DNA of 64,000 nucleotides from Escherichia coli (GTDB lineage Bacteria; Pseudomonadota; Gammaproteobacteria; Enterobacterales; Enterobacteriaceae): NCBI RefSeq assembly GCF_045037415.1, contig NZ_CP173438.1; one strand, 5' to 3'. Shown piece by piece: positions 42,118 to 53,676 of this stretch (position 1 is its first letter; each line of letters starts with the position of its first letter). The notes under the pieces were generated by a model. It saw only the letters and a program-made list of their open reading frames with translations, ran no database searches and was not told where the DNA came from. The position numbers and the translations under genes were made by a program.

Positions 42118-44790
42118 ATGACAGATGTAACGATTAAAACGCTGGCCGCAGAGCGACAGACCTCCGTGGAACGCCTGGTACAGCAATTTGCTGATGCAGG
42201 TATCCGGAAGTCTGCTGACGACTCTGTGTCTGCACAAGAGAAACAGACTTTGATTGACCACCTGAATCAGAAAAATTCAGGCCCGGACAAATTGACGCTG
42301 CAACGTAAAACACGCAGCACCCTTAACATTCCTGGTACCGGTGGAAAAAGCAAATCGGTACAAATCGAAGTCCGCAAGAAACGCACCTTTGTGAAACGCG
42401 ATCCGCAAGAGGCTGAGCGCCTTGCAGCGGAAGAGCAAGCGCAGCGTGAAGCGGAAGAGCAAGCCCGTCGTGAGGCAGAAGAATCGGCTAAACGCGAGGC
42501 GCAACAAAAAGCTGAACGTGAGGCCGCAGAACAAGCTAAGCGTGAAGCTGCTGAACAAGCGAAACGTGAAGCTGCGGAAAAAGACAAAGTGAGCAATCAA
42601 CAAGACGATATGACTAAAAACGCCCAGGCTGAAAAAGCCCGCCGTGAGCAGGAAGCTGCAGAGCTCAAGCGTAAAGCCGAAGAAGAAGCGCGTCGTAAAC
42701 TCGAAGAAGAAGCACGTCGCGTTGCTGAAGAAGCACGTCGTATGGCGGAAGAAAACAAATGGACTGATAACGCGGAACCGACTGAAGATTCCAGCGATTA
42801 TCACGTCACTACTTCTCAACATGCTCGCCAGGCAGAAGACGAAAGCGATCGTGAAGTCGAAGGCGGCCGTGGCCGTGGTCGTAACGCGAAAGCAGCGCGT
42901 CCGAAGAAAGGCAACAAACACGCTGAATCAAAAGCTGATCGTGAAGAAGCTCGTGCAGCAGTACGTGGCGGTAAGGGCGGAAAACGTAAAGGTTCTTCGC
43001 TGCAGCAAGGCTTCCAGAAGCCAGCTCAGGCCGTTAACCGTGACGTTGTGATCGGCGAAACCATCACCGTTGGCGAACTGGCGAACAAGATGGCGGTTAA
43101 AGGCTCTCAGGTCATCAAAGCGATGATGAAACTGGGCGCAATGGCAACCATCAACCAGGTTATCGATCAGGAAACCGCACAGCTGGTTGCTGAAGAGATG
43201 GGCCACAAAGTTATCCTGCGTCGTGAAAACGAGCTGGAAGAGGCGGTAATGAGCGACCGTGACACGGGTGCTGCGGCTGAACCGCGCGCGCCGGTTGTGA
43301 CCATCATGGGTCACGTTGACCACGGTAAAACCTCTCTGCTGGACTACATTCGTTCAACGAAAGTGGCCTCTGGCGAAGCGGGCGGCATTACCCAGCACAT
43401 TGGTGCATACCACGTTGAAACTGAAAACGGCATGATCACCTTCCTGGACACCCCGGGGCACGCCGCGTTTACTTCAATGCGTGCACGTGGTGCGCAGGCA
43501 ACGGACATCGTAGTCCTGGTTGTTGCTGCAGACGACGGTGTAATGCCGCAGACCATCGAAGCTATCCAGCACGCGAAAGCGGCGGGTGTTCCGGTGGTGG
43601 TTGCTGTGAACAAAATCGATAAACCAGAAGCCGATCCGGATCGCGTTAAGAACGAACTCTCCCAGTACGGCATCCTGCCAGAAGAGTGGGGCGGCGAAAG
43701 CCAGTTCGTACACGTATCTGCAAAAGCGGGTACCGGTATTGATGAACTGCTGGATGCTATCCTGCTGCAGGCGGAAGTTCTGGAGCTGAAAGCGGTACGT
43801 AAAGGTATGGCGAGCGGTGCGGTTATCGAATCCTTCCTCGATAAAGGTCGTGGTCCGGTTGCTACCGTTCTGGTACGTGAAGGTACTCTGCACAAGGGCG
43901 ATATCGTTCTGTGTGGCTTCGAATACGGTCGTGTTCGTGCAATGCGTAACGAACTGGGTCAGGAAGTGCTGGAAGCGGGTCCGTCCATTCCGGTGGAAAT
44001 CCTCGGCCTGTCCGGCGTACCGGCTGCGGGTGATGAAGTTACCGTTGTACGTGACGAGAAGAAAGCGCGTGAAGTTGCACTTTATCGTCAGGGTAAATTC
44101 CGCGAAGTTAAACTGGCGCGTCAGCAGAAATCTAAACTCGAGAACATGTTCGCCAACATGACCGAAGGCGAAGTTCACGAAGTGAATATCGTCCTGAAGG
44201 CAGACGTACAGGGTTCTGTGGAAGCAATTTCTGACTCCTTGCTGAAACTGTCTACTGACGAAGTTAAAGTGAAGATCATCGGTTCTGGCGTAGGTGGTAT
44301 CACCGAAACCGACGCTACCCTGGCTGCGGCGTCCAACGCCATCCTGGTTGGCTTCAACGTACGTGCTGATGCCTCTGCACGTAAAGTGATTGAAGCGGAA
44401 AGCCTGGATCTGCGTTACTACTCCGTCATCTATAACCTGATCGACGAAGTGAAAGCGGCGATGAGCGGTATGCTGTCTCCGGAACTGAAACAGCAGATTA
44501 TCGGTCTGGCGGAAGTTCGTGACGTGTTCAAATCACCGAAATTTGGTGCTATCGCAGGTTGTATGGTTACCGAAGGTGTGGTTAAACGTCACAACCCGAT
44601 CCGCGTTCTGCGCGACAACGTGGTTATCTACGAAGGCGAGCTGGAGTCCCTGCGACGCTTCAAAGATGACGTTAACGAAGTCCGTAACGGTATGGAATGT
44701 GGTATCGGCGTTAAGAACTACAACGATGTCCGCACTGGCGATGTGATCGAAGTATTCGAAATCATCGAGATCCAACGTACCATCGCTTAA
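42118..44790 (+). CDS. infB: Translation initiation factor IF-2
   Basis: 890 aa ORF with G-domain motifs [14 protein letters not shown] and NKID. In-frame GTG at codon 158 (42589) and ATG at codon 165 (42610) sit where I recall the IF2-beta/gamma internal starts. Confidence 0.95.
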
Positions 44791-44802
44791 GGTTTTTAGG
44801 GT

Positions 44803-44877
44803 TCCATGCGGGATAAGGCGTTTATGCCGCATCCTGTATGGATTGCCTGATGCGACGCTGGCGCGTCTTATCAGGCC
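44803..44877. repeat. REP element cluster (BIME) in infB-rbfA spacer
   Basis: Imperfect palindromes GCGGGATAAGGCG...GCCGCATCC and GCCTGATGCGACGCTGGCGCGTCTTATCAGGCC, matching the E. coli REP consensus. Confidence 0.75.
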
Positions 44878-44913
44878 AACGTGAACAGCCCTTCCACCTG
44901 AAATTAATTTTAA

Positions 44914-44938
44914 AAAGGGGCTAACAGCCCCTTTTTTG
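44914..44938 (+). terminator. Hairpin with T-run just upstream of rbfA (candidate partial terminator)
   Basis: AAAAAGGGGCTAACAGCCCCTTTTTTG. Confidence 0.5.
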
Positions 44939-44953
44939 TCAGGAGAATTTATT

Positions 44954-45355
44954 ATGGCGAAAGAATTTGGTCGCCCGCAGCGCGTAGCGCAGGAAATGCA
45001 AAAAGAGATCGCTCTCATCCTGCAGCGTGAAATTAAAGATCCTCGTCTGGGCATGATGACCACCGTTTCCGGTGTCGAAATGTCTCGCGACCTGGCGTAT
45101 GCCAAAGTATATGTGACGTTCCTCAACGACAAAGATGAAGACGCGGTTAAAGCGGGCATCAAAGCGTTGCAGGAAGCTTCTGGTTTCATCCGCAGCCTGC
45201 TGGGGAAAGCGATGCGCCTGCGTATCGTGCCGGAACTGACCTTCTTCTACGACAACTCTCTGGTTGAAGGGATGCGCATGTCAAACCTGGTGACCAGCGT
45301 GGTCAAACATGACGAAGAACGTCGTGTTAACCCGGACGACAGCAAGGAGGACTAA
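44954..45355 (+). CDS. rbfA: Ribosome-binding factor A
   Basis: ORF 44936-45355 trimmed to [23 protein letters not shown] (133 aa). Confidence 0.9.
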
Positions 45356-46299
45356 TGAGTCGTCCTCGTCGTCGCGGTCGCGACATTAACGGCGTTTTGT
45401 TGCTGGATAAACCGCAGGGGATGTCCAGCAACGATGCGCTGCAAAAAGTGAAACGGATTTATAACGCCAACCGTGCCGGGCATACCGGTGCGCTGGACCC
45501 GCTGGCGACCGGCATGTTGCCAATTTGCCTCGGGGAAGCGACGAAGTTTTCCCAGTATCTGCTGGACTCCGACAAACGTTATCGGGTCATTGCGCGTCTT
45601 GGACAGCGTACCGATACTTCTGATGCCGACGGACAAATCGTTGAAGAACGTCCGGTAACCTTTAGTGCAGAGCAACTGGCGGCGGCGCTGGATACCTTCC
45701 GTGGCGATATCGAACAGATTCCTTCGATGTATTCAGCACTGAAATATCAGGGCAAAAAACTGTACGAATACGCGCGTCAGGGCATTGAAGTTCCACGTGA
45801 AGCGCGCCCGATTACCGTTTATGAATTGCTGTTTATTCGCCATGAAGGCAATGAGCTGGAGCTGGAAATTCACTGCTCAAAAGGCACTTATATCCGCACT
45901 ATCATTGACGATCTCGGCGAAAAACTCGGTTGTGGCGCGCATGTTATTTACTTGCGTCGTCTGGCGGTAAGTAAATATCCGGTTGAACGGATGGTGACCC
46001 TGGAACATCTGCGTGAACTGGTTGAGCAAGCCGAACAGCAGGATATTCCGGCTGCGGAGTTACTTGACCCATTACTGATGCCAATGGACAGTCCAGCTTC
46101 GGACTACCCAGTGGTGAATCTTCCGTTAACGTCTTCTGTTTACTTCAAAAATGGTAACCCAGTTCGTACATCCGGTGCGCCGCTGGAAGGACTGGTTCGC
46201 GTTACAGAGGGTGAGAACGGCAAGTTTATCGGTATGGGCGAAATTGACGATGAAGGCCGCGTTGCGCCTCGTCGCCTGGTGGTTGAATACCCGGCGTAA
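45355..46299 (+). CDS. truB: tRNA pseudouridine-55 synthase
   Basis: 314 aa ORF with catalytic Asp motif [12 protein letters not shown]; start overlaps the rbfA stop. Confidence 0.95.
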
Positions 46300-46351
46300 T
46301 GTTAACCGTCTTGCGATAACAGGTCGCTACGAGTAGAATACTGCCGCTTAA

Positions 46352-46717
<366 letters not shown>

Positions 46718-46733
46718 TTCTTGCGAGTTTCAG

Positions 46734-46761
46734 AAAAGGGGGCCTGAGTGGCCCCTTTTTT
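46734..46761 (+). terminator. rpsO intrinsic terminator
   Basis: AAAAGGGGGCC-TGAGT-GGCCCCTTTTTT. Confidence 0.8.
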
Positions 46762-46963
46762 CAAGCTGACGGCAGCAATTCACTGGAAACTAATGTATTG
46801 TTGCTATGAATGATCTTCCGTTGCAGAGGTTCGCGCGGCTAATGAGAGGCTTTACCCACATAGAGCTGGGTTAGGGTTGTCATTAGTCGCGAGGATGCGC
46901 AGAAGATCGGGTATTAACACCAGTACCGTAAGGTACTGTCTAAGAAAGAGAAAGGATATTACA

Positions 46964-49099
46964 TTGCTTAATCCGATCGTTCGTAAATTCCAGTACGGCC
47001 AACACACCGTGACTCTGGAAACCGGCATGATGGCTCGTCAGGCTACTGCCGCTGTTATGGTTAGCATGGATGACACCGCGGTATTTGTTACCGTTGTTGG
47101 TCAGAAAAAAGCCAAACCAGGTCAGGACTTCTTCCCGCTGACCGTTAACTATCAGGAGCGTACCTACGCTGCTGGTCGTATCCCGGGTAGCTTCTTCCGT
47201 CGTGAAGGCCGCCCAAGCGAAGGCGAAACCCTGATCGCGCGTCTGATTGACCGCCCGATTCGCCCGCTGTTCCCGGAAGGCTTCGTCAACGAAGTTCAGG
47301 TTATCGCCACCGTGGTTTCTGTTAACCCGCAGGTTAACCCGGATATCGTCGCGATGATTGGTGCTTCCGCAGCACTGTCTCTGTCTGGTATTCCGTTCAA
47401 TGGCCCGATTGGTGCTGCCCGTGTAGGTTACATCAATGACCAGTACGTACTGAACCCGACTCAGGACGAACTGAAAGAGAGCAAACTGGACCTGGTTGTT
47501 GCCGGTACAGAAGCTGCCGTGCTGATGGTTGAATCTGAAGCTGAACTGCTGAGCGAAGACCAAATGCTGGGCGCAGTGGTGTTCGGTCATGAACAACAGC
47601 AGGTTGTTATTCAGAACATCAATGAACTGGTGAAAGAAGCCGGTAAACCGCGTTGGGATTGGCAGCCGGAGCCGGTAAACGAAGCGCTGAACGCGCGCGT
47701 TGCTGCGCTGGCTGAAGCTCGTCTGAGCGATGCTTACCGCATCACCGACAAACAAGAGCGTTATGCGCAGGTTGATGTCATCAAATCTGAAACCATCGCG
47801 ACACTGCTTGCTGAAGACGAAACCCTGGACGAAAACGAACTGGGTGAAATTCTGCACGCTATCGAGAAAAATGTTGTTCGTAGCCGCGTACTGGCCGGCG
47901 AACCGCGTATCGACGGTCGTGAAAAAGATATGATCCGTGGTCTGGATGTGCGTACTGGTGTGCTGCCGCGTACTCACGGTTCTGCGCTGTTCACCCGTGG
48001 TGAAACGCAGGCGCTGGTTACCGCAACGCTGGGTACTGCTCGTGACGCGCAGGTTCTTGATGAACTGATGGGCGAACGTACCGATACCTTCCTGTTCCAC
48101 TACAACTTCCCTCCGTACTCCGTAGGCGAAACCGGCATGGTCGGTTCTCCGAAGCGTCGTGAAATTGGTCACGGTCGTCTGGCGAAGCGCGGCGTGCTGG
48201 CAGTAATGCCGGATATGGACAAATTCCCGTACACCGTACGTGTTGTGTCTGAAATCACCGAATCCAACGGTTCCTCTTCTATGGCTTCCGTGTGCGGCGC
48301 GTCTCTGGCGCTGATGGACGCCGGTGTGCCGATCAAAGCTGCCGTTGCGGGTATCGCAATGGGTCTGGTGAAAGAAGGCGACAACTACGTTGTACTGTCT
48401 GACATTTTGGGCGACGAAGATCACCTGGGCGATATGGACTTCAAAGTTGCGGGTTCTCGTGACGGTATCTCTGCATTGCAGATGGATATCAAAATTGAAG
48501 GTATCACCAAAGAGATCATGCAGGTTGCACTGAACCAGGCTAAAGGTGCGCGTCTGCATATCCTGGGCGTAATGGAACAGGCGATCAATGCGCCGCGCGG
48601 TGATATCTCTGAGTTCGCTCCGCGTATCCATACCATCAAGATCAATCCAGACAAGATCAAAGACGTTATCGGTAAAGGCGGTTCTGTAATCCGTGCTCTG
48701 ACCGAAGAAACTGGCACTACCATCGAAATCGAAGATGACGGTACTGTGAAGATCGCAGCGACCGACGGCGAGAAGGCGAAAAACGCTATTCGTCGTATCG
48801 AAGAGATCACTGCAGAAATCGAAGTAGGCCGCGTCTACAATGGTAAAGTGACCCGAATCGTTGACTTTGGCGCATTTGTTGCCATCGGCGGCGGTAAAGA
48901 AGGTCTGGTCCACATCTCTCAAATCGCTGATAAACGCGTTGAGAAAGTGACCGATTACCTGCAGATGGGTCAGGAAGTACCGGTGAAAGTTCTGGAAGTT
49001 GATCGCCAGGGCCGTATCCGTCTGAGCATTAAAGAAGCGACTGAGCAGTCTCAACCTGCTGCAGCACCGGAAGCTCCGGCTGCTGAACAGGGCGAGTAA
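46964..49099 (+). CDS. pnp: Polynucleotide phosphorylase
   Basis: ORF 46877-49099; start placed at the TTG (46964) giving [21 protein letters not shown], 711 aa. KH and S1 domains at the C-terminus. Confidence 0.9.
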   Translation: MLNPIVRKFQYGQHTVTLETGMMARQATAAVMVSMDDTAVFVTVVGQKKAKPGQDFFPLTVNYQERTYAAGRIPGSFFRREGRPSEGETLIARLIDRPIRPLFPEGFVNEVQVIATVVSVNPQVNPDIVAMIGASAALSLSGIPFNGPIGAARVGYINDQYVLNPTQDELKESKLDLVVAGTEAAVLMVESEAELLSEDQMLGAVVFGHEQQQVVIQNINELVKEAGKPRWDWQPEPVNEALNARVAALAEARLSDAYRITDKQERYAQVDVIKSETIATLLAEDETLDENELGEILHAIEKNVVRSRVLAGEPRIDGREKDMIRGLDVRTGVLPRTHGSALFTRGETQALVTATLGTARDAQVLDELMGERTDTFLFHYNFPPYSVGETGMVGSPKRREIGHGRLAKRGVLAVMPDMDKFPYTVRVVSEITESNGSSSMASVCGASLALMDAGVPIKAAVAGIAMGLVKEGDNYVVLSDILGDEDHLGDMDFKVAGSRDGISALQMDIKIEGITKEIMQVALNQAKGARLHILGVMEQAINAPRGDISEFAPRIHTIKINPDKIKDVIGKGGSVIRALTEETGTTIEIEDDGTVKIAATDGEKAKNAIRRIEEITAEIEVGRVYNGKVTRIVDFGAFVAIGGGKEGLVHISQIADKRVEKVTDYLQMGQEVPVKVLEVDRQGRIRLSIKEATEQSQPAAAPEAPAAEQGE

Positions 49100-49207
49100 G
49101 GTTGCCATTTGCCCTCCGCTGCGGCGGGGGGCTTTTAACCGGGCAGGACGCCTTGTTAGCAACCGGGAACAGGACGTTCATTCAACCGTGGTCTTCGGGA
49201 GTGGGAA

Positions 49208-50092
49208 ATGAAGCCTTTTTTGCGCTGGTGTTTCGTTGCGACAGCACTTACGCTTGCAGGATGCAGTAATACTTCCTGGCGTAAAAGTGAAGTCCTCGCG
49301 GTACCATTGCAACCGACTTTACAGCAGGAAGTGATTCTGGCACGTATGGAACAAATCCTTGCCAGTCGGGCTTTAACCGATGACGAACGCGCACAGCTTT
49401 TATATGAGCGCGGAGTGTTGTATGATAGTCTCGGTCTGAGGGCATTAGCGCGTAACGATTTTTCGCAAGCGCTGGCAATCCGACCGGATATGCCTGAAGT
49501 ATTCAATTACTTAGGCATATATTTAACGCAGGCAGGCAATTTTGATGCTGCCTATGAAGCGTTTGATTCTGTACTTGAGCTTGATCCAACTTACAACTAC
49601 GCGCACTTGAATCGCGGGATCGCATTATATTACGGCGGTCGTGACAAGTTAGCGCAAGATGATCTGCTGGCGTTTTATCAAGACGATCCCAATGATCCTT
49701 TCCGTAGTCTGTGGCTTTATCTCGCCGAGCAGAAGCTCGATGAGAAGCAGGCTAAAGAAGTGTTGAAACAGCACTTCGAAAAATCGGATAAGGAACAGTG
49801 GGGATGGAACATTGTCGAGTTCTACCTGGGCAACATTAGCGAACAAACGTTAATGGAAAGGCTCAAGGCGGACGCAACGGATAACACCTCGCTCGCTGAG
49901 CATCTCAGTGAAACCAACTTCTATTTAGGTAAGTACTACCTAAGTCTGGGGGATTTGGACAGCGCCACGGCACTGTTCAAACTGGCGGTTGCCAACAACG
50001 TTCATAACTTTGTTGAGCACCGATACGCATTGTTGGAATTATCGCTCCTGGGCCAGGACCAAGATGACCTGGCAGAATCGGACCAGCAATAG
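49208..50092 (+). CDS. nlpI: TPR-repeat outer-membrane lipoprotein NlpI
   Basis: 294 aa ORF with lipobox LTLAGC and TPR repeats. Confidence 0.95.
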
Positions 50093-50198
50093 CTGACGTA
50101 CACATCAGCCCGTAATCTTTTTTGATTGCCATCACCTTAACGGGTGAGGGCGTTGTTGTTCGTTAATACACCTACTTTGAGCCGGTTCACACTTTTCA

Positions 50199-50279
50199 AT
50201 GAAAATTGCTGATCAATTTCATGATGAGTTATGTAGACTGGCCGCCATTAATTTTGAGGCACACGTACTACATGGCTGA
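50199..50279 (+). CDS. yrbN: Small protein YrbN (26 aa), overlapping the deaD start
   Basis: ATG at 50199 through TGA at 50277-50279 translates to [26 protein letters not shown]. Absent from the ORF track because it is under 60 aa. Overlaps the deaD ATG (50272) out of frame. Confidence 0.6.
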
Positions 50280-52161
50280 ATTCGAAACCACTTTTGCAGA
50301 TCTGGGCCTGAAGGCTCCTATCCTTGAAGCCCTTAACGATCTGGGTTACGAAAAACCATCTCCAATTCAGGCAGAGTGTATTCCACATCTGCTGAATGGC
50401 CGCGACGTTCTGGGTATGGCCCAGACGGGGAGCGGAAAAACTGCAGCATTCTCTTTACCTCTGCTGCAGAATCTTGATCCTGAGCTGAAAGCACCACAGA
50501 TTCTGGTGCTGGCACCGACCCGCGAACTGGCGGTACAGGTTGCTGAAGCAATGACGGATTTCTCTAAACACATGCGCGGCGTAAACGTGGTTGCCCTGTA
50601 CGGCGGCCAACGTTATGACGTGCAATTACGCGCCCTGCGTCAGGGGCCGCAGATCGTTGTCGGTACACCGGGCCGTCTGCTGGACCACCTGAAACGTGGC
50701 ACTCTGGACCTCTCTAAACTGAGCGGTCTGGTTCTGGATGAAGCTGACGAAATGCTGCGCATGGGCTTCATCGAAGACGTTGAAACCATTATGGCGCAGA
50801 TCCCGGAAGGTCATCAGACCGCTCTGTTCTCTGCAACCATGCCGGAAGCGATTCGTCGCATTACCCGCCGCTTTATGAAAGAGCCGCAGGAAGTGCGCAT
50901 TCAGTCCAGCGTGACTACCCGTCCTGACATCAGCCAGAGCTACTGGACTGTCTGGGGTATGCGTAAAAACGAAGCACTGGTACGTTTCCTGGAAGCGGAA
51001 GATTTTGATGCGGCGATTATCTTCGTTCGTACCAAAAACGCGACTCTGGAAGTGGCAGAAGCTCTTGAGCGTAACGGCTACAACAGCGCCGCGCTGAACG
51101 GTGACATGAACCAGGCGCTGCGTGAGCAGACACTGGAACGCCTGAAAGATGGTCGTCTGGACATCCTGATTGCGACCGACGTTGCAGCCCGTGGCCTGGA
51201 CGTTGAGCGTATCAGCCTGGTGGTTAACTACGATATCCCGATGGATTCTGAGTCTTACGTTCACCGTATCGGTCGTACCGGTCGTGCAGGTCGTGCTGGT
51301 CGTGCACTGCTGTTCGTTGAGAACCGTGAGCGTCGTCTGCTGCGCAACATCGAACGCACCATGAAGCTGACCATTCCGGAAGTAGAACTGCCGAACGCAG
51401 AACTGCTGGGCAAACGTCGTCTGGAAAAATTTGCCGCTAAAGTACAGCAGCAGCTGGAAAGCAGCGATCTGGATCAATACCGTGCACTGCTGAGCAAAAT
51501 TCAGCCGACTGCCGAAGGTGAAGAGCTGGATCTCGAAACTCTGGCAGCCGCACTACTGAAAATGGCACAGGGTGAACGTACTCTGATTGTTCCGCCAGAT
51601 GCGCCGATGCGTCCGAAACGTGAATTCCGTGACCGTGATGACCGTGGTCCGCGCGATCGTAACGACCGTGGCCCGCGTGGCGACCGTGAAGATCGTCCGC
51701 GTCGCGAACGTCGTGATGTTGGCGATATGCAGTTGTACCGTATTGAAGTGGGCCGCGATGATGGTGTTGAAGTTCGTCATATCGTTGGCGCGATTGCTAA
51801 CGAAGGCGACATCAGCAGCCGTTACATCGGTAACATCAAGCTGTTTGCTTCTCACTCCACCATCGAACTGCCGAAAGGTATGCCGGGTGAAGTGCTGCAA
51901 CACTTTACGCGTACTCGCATTCTCAACAAGCCAATGAACATGCAGTTACTGGGCGATGCACAGCCGCATACTGGCGGTGAGCGTCGTGGCGGTGGTCGTG
52001 GTTTCGGTGGCGAACGTCGTGAAGGCGGTCGTAACTTCAGCGGTGAACGCCGTGAAGGTGGCCGTGGTGATGGGCGTCGTTTTAGCGGCGAACGTCGTGA
52101 AGGCCGCGCACCGCGTCGTGATGACTCTACCGGTCGTCGTCGTTTCGGTGGTGATGCGTAA
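50272..52161 (+). CDS. deaD: Cold-shock DEAD-box RNA helicase DeaD (CsdA)
   Basis: ORF 50206-52161 trimmed to [21 protein letters not shown] (629 aa). Motifs [12 protein letters not shown] (LDEADEM), SAT and [10 protein letters not shown], plus an Arg/Gly-rich repeated C-terminal tail. Confidence 0.95.
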
Positions 52162-52186
52162 TCATCGCTGAACAGCGAACACAATC

Positions 52187-52204
52187 TGTAAAATAATATA
52201 TACA
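52187..52204 (+). promoter_or_regulatory. Candidate TyrR box upstream of mtr
   Basis: TGTAAA-ATAATA-TATACA against the consensus TGTAAA-N6-TTTACA; TyrR regulation of mtr is from memory. Confidence 0.4.
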
Positions 52205-52234
52205 GCCCCGATTTTACCCATCGGGGCTTTTTTT
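52203..52234 (+). terminator. Intrinsic terminator after deaD
   Basis: AGCCCCGATTTTACCCATCGGGGCTTTTTTTCTG. Confidence 0.7.
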
Positions 52235-52242
52235 CTGTTTTT

Positions 52243-52262
52243 TGTACTCATGTACTGGTACA
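52243..52262 (+). promoter_or_regulatory. Candidate TrpR operator in mtr promoter
   Basis: GTACTCATGTACTGGTACAG carries repeated GTAC(T) half-sites like the trp operator; about 55 nt upstream of the mtr ATG. Confidence 0.5.
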
Positions 52263-52314
52263 GTGCAATGCATAACAACGCAGTCGCACTATTTTTCACT
52301 GGAGAGAAGCCCTC

Positions 52315-53559
52315 ATGGCAACACTAACCACCACCCAAACGTCACCGTCGCTGCTTGGCGGCGTGGTGATTATCGGCGGCACCATTATTGGCGCAGGGAT
52401 GTTTTCTCTGCCAGTGGTCATGTCCGGGGCGTGGTTCTTCTGGTCAATGGCGGCGCTGATTTTCACCTGGTTCTGTATGCTGCATTCCGGCTTGATGATT
52501 CTGGAAGCTAACCTGAATTACCGAATCGGTTCGAGCTTTGACACCATCACCAAAGACCTGCTCGGCAAAGGCTGGAACGTGGTCAACGGCATTTCCATTG
52601 CCTTTGTGCTCTACATCCTGACCTATGCCTATATTTCTGCCAGTGGTTCGATTCTGCATCACACCTTCGCAGAGATGTCGCTAAACGTCCCGGCACGGGC
52701 AGCGGGTTTTGGTTTTGCACTGTTGGTGGCGTTTGTGGTGTGGTTGAGCACCAAAGCCGTCAGTCGCATGACAGCGATTGTGCTGGGGGCGAAAGTCATT
52801 ACCTTCTTCCTCACCTTCGGTAGCCTGCTGGGGCATGTGCAGCCTGCGACATTGTTCAACGTCGCCGAAAGCAATGCGTCTTATGCACCGTATCTGTTGA
52901 TGACGCTGCCGTTCTGTCTGGCATCGTTTGGTTATCACGGTAACGTACCGAGCCTGATGAAGTATTACGGCAAAGATCCGAAAACCATCGTGAAATGCCT
53001 GGTGTACGGTACGCTGATGGCGCTGGCGCTGTATACCATCTGGTTGCTGGCGACGATGGGTAACATCCCGCGTCCGGAGTTTATCGGCATCGCCGAGAAG
53101 GGCGGTAATATTGATGTGCTGGTACAGGCGTTAAGCGGCGTACTGAACAGCCGTAGCCTGGACCTTCTGCTGGTTGTGTTCTCAAACTTTGCGGTAGCGA
53201 GTTCGTTCCTTGGCGTAACGCTGGGCCTGTTTGACTATCTGGCAGATCTGTTTGGTTTCGACGACTCGGCTGTGGGCCGTTTGAAAACAGCGTTGCTGAC
53301 CTTTGCCCCGCCGGTTGTGGGTGGCCTGCTGTTTCCTAACGGATTCCTGTACGCCATTGGTTATGCTGGCTTAGCGGCTACCATCTGGGCGGCAATTGTT
53401 CCGGCGCTGCTGGCCCGCGCATCGCGTAAACGCTTTGGTAGCCCGAAATTCCGTGTATGGGGCGGCAAGCCGATGATTGTGCTGATTCTGGTGTTTGGCG
53501 TCGGCAACGCACTGGTGCATATCTTATCGAGCTTTAATGTGCTGCCGGTGTATCAGTAA
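52315..53559 (+). CDS. mtr: Tryptophan-specific permease
   Basis: 414 aa polytopic membrane [36 protein letters not shown]. Confidence 0.95.
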   Translation: MATLTTTQTSPSLLGGVVIIGGTIIGAGMFSLPVVMSGAWFFWSMAALIFTWFCMLHSGLMILEANLNYRIGSSFDTITKDLLGKGWNVVNGISIAFVLYILTYAYISASGSILHHTFAEMSLNVPARAAGFGFALLVAFVVWLSTKAVSRMTAIVLGAKVITFFLTFGSLLGHVQPATLFNVAESNASYAPYLLMTLPFCLASFGYHGNVPSLMKYYGKDPKTIVKCLVYGTLMALALYTIWLLATMGNIPRPEFIGIAEKGGNIDVLVQALSGVLNSRSLDLLLVVFSNFAVASSFLGVTLGLFDYLADLFGFDDSAVGRLKTALLTFAPPVVGGLLFPNGFLYAIGYAGLAATIWAAIVPALLARASRKRFGSPKFRVWGGKPMIVLILVFGVGNALVHILSSFNVLPVYQ

Positions 53560-53565
53560 TCAGAG

Positions 53566-53660
53566 GTGCCTTATCCGACATTTCTGCTGCCTACACAATG
53601 CCTGATGCGCTTCGCTTATCAGGCCTACGTAGGACAGCGTTGCCATCTCGGATAAGGCTT
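53566..53660. repeat. REP element cluster between convergent mtr and yhbW
   Basis: GCCTGATGCGCTTCGCTTATCAGGCCTACG and flanking TTATCCGACA/TCGGATAAGG palindromes. Confidence 0.75.
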
Positions 53661-53676
53661 CCTACGTTAAAACACA

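Noticed and set aside
46940-49162. 740-aa minus-strand ORF spanning all of pnp
   Set aside because: In exact codon register with pnp. It is striking as a codon-usage signature (reported as a finding), but there is no evidence it is a gene.
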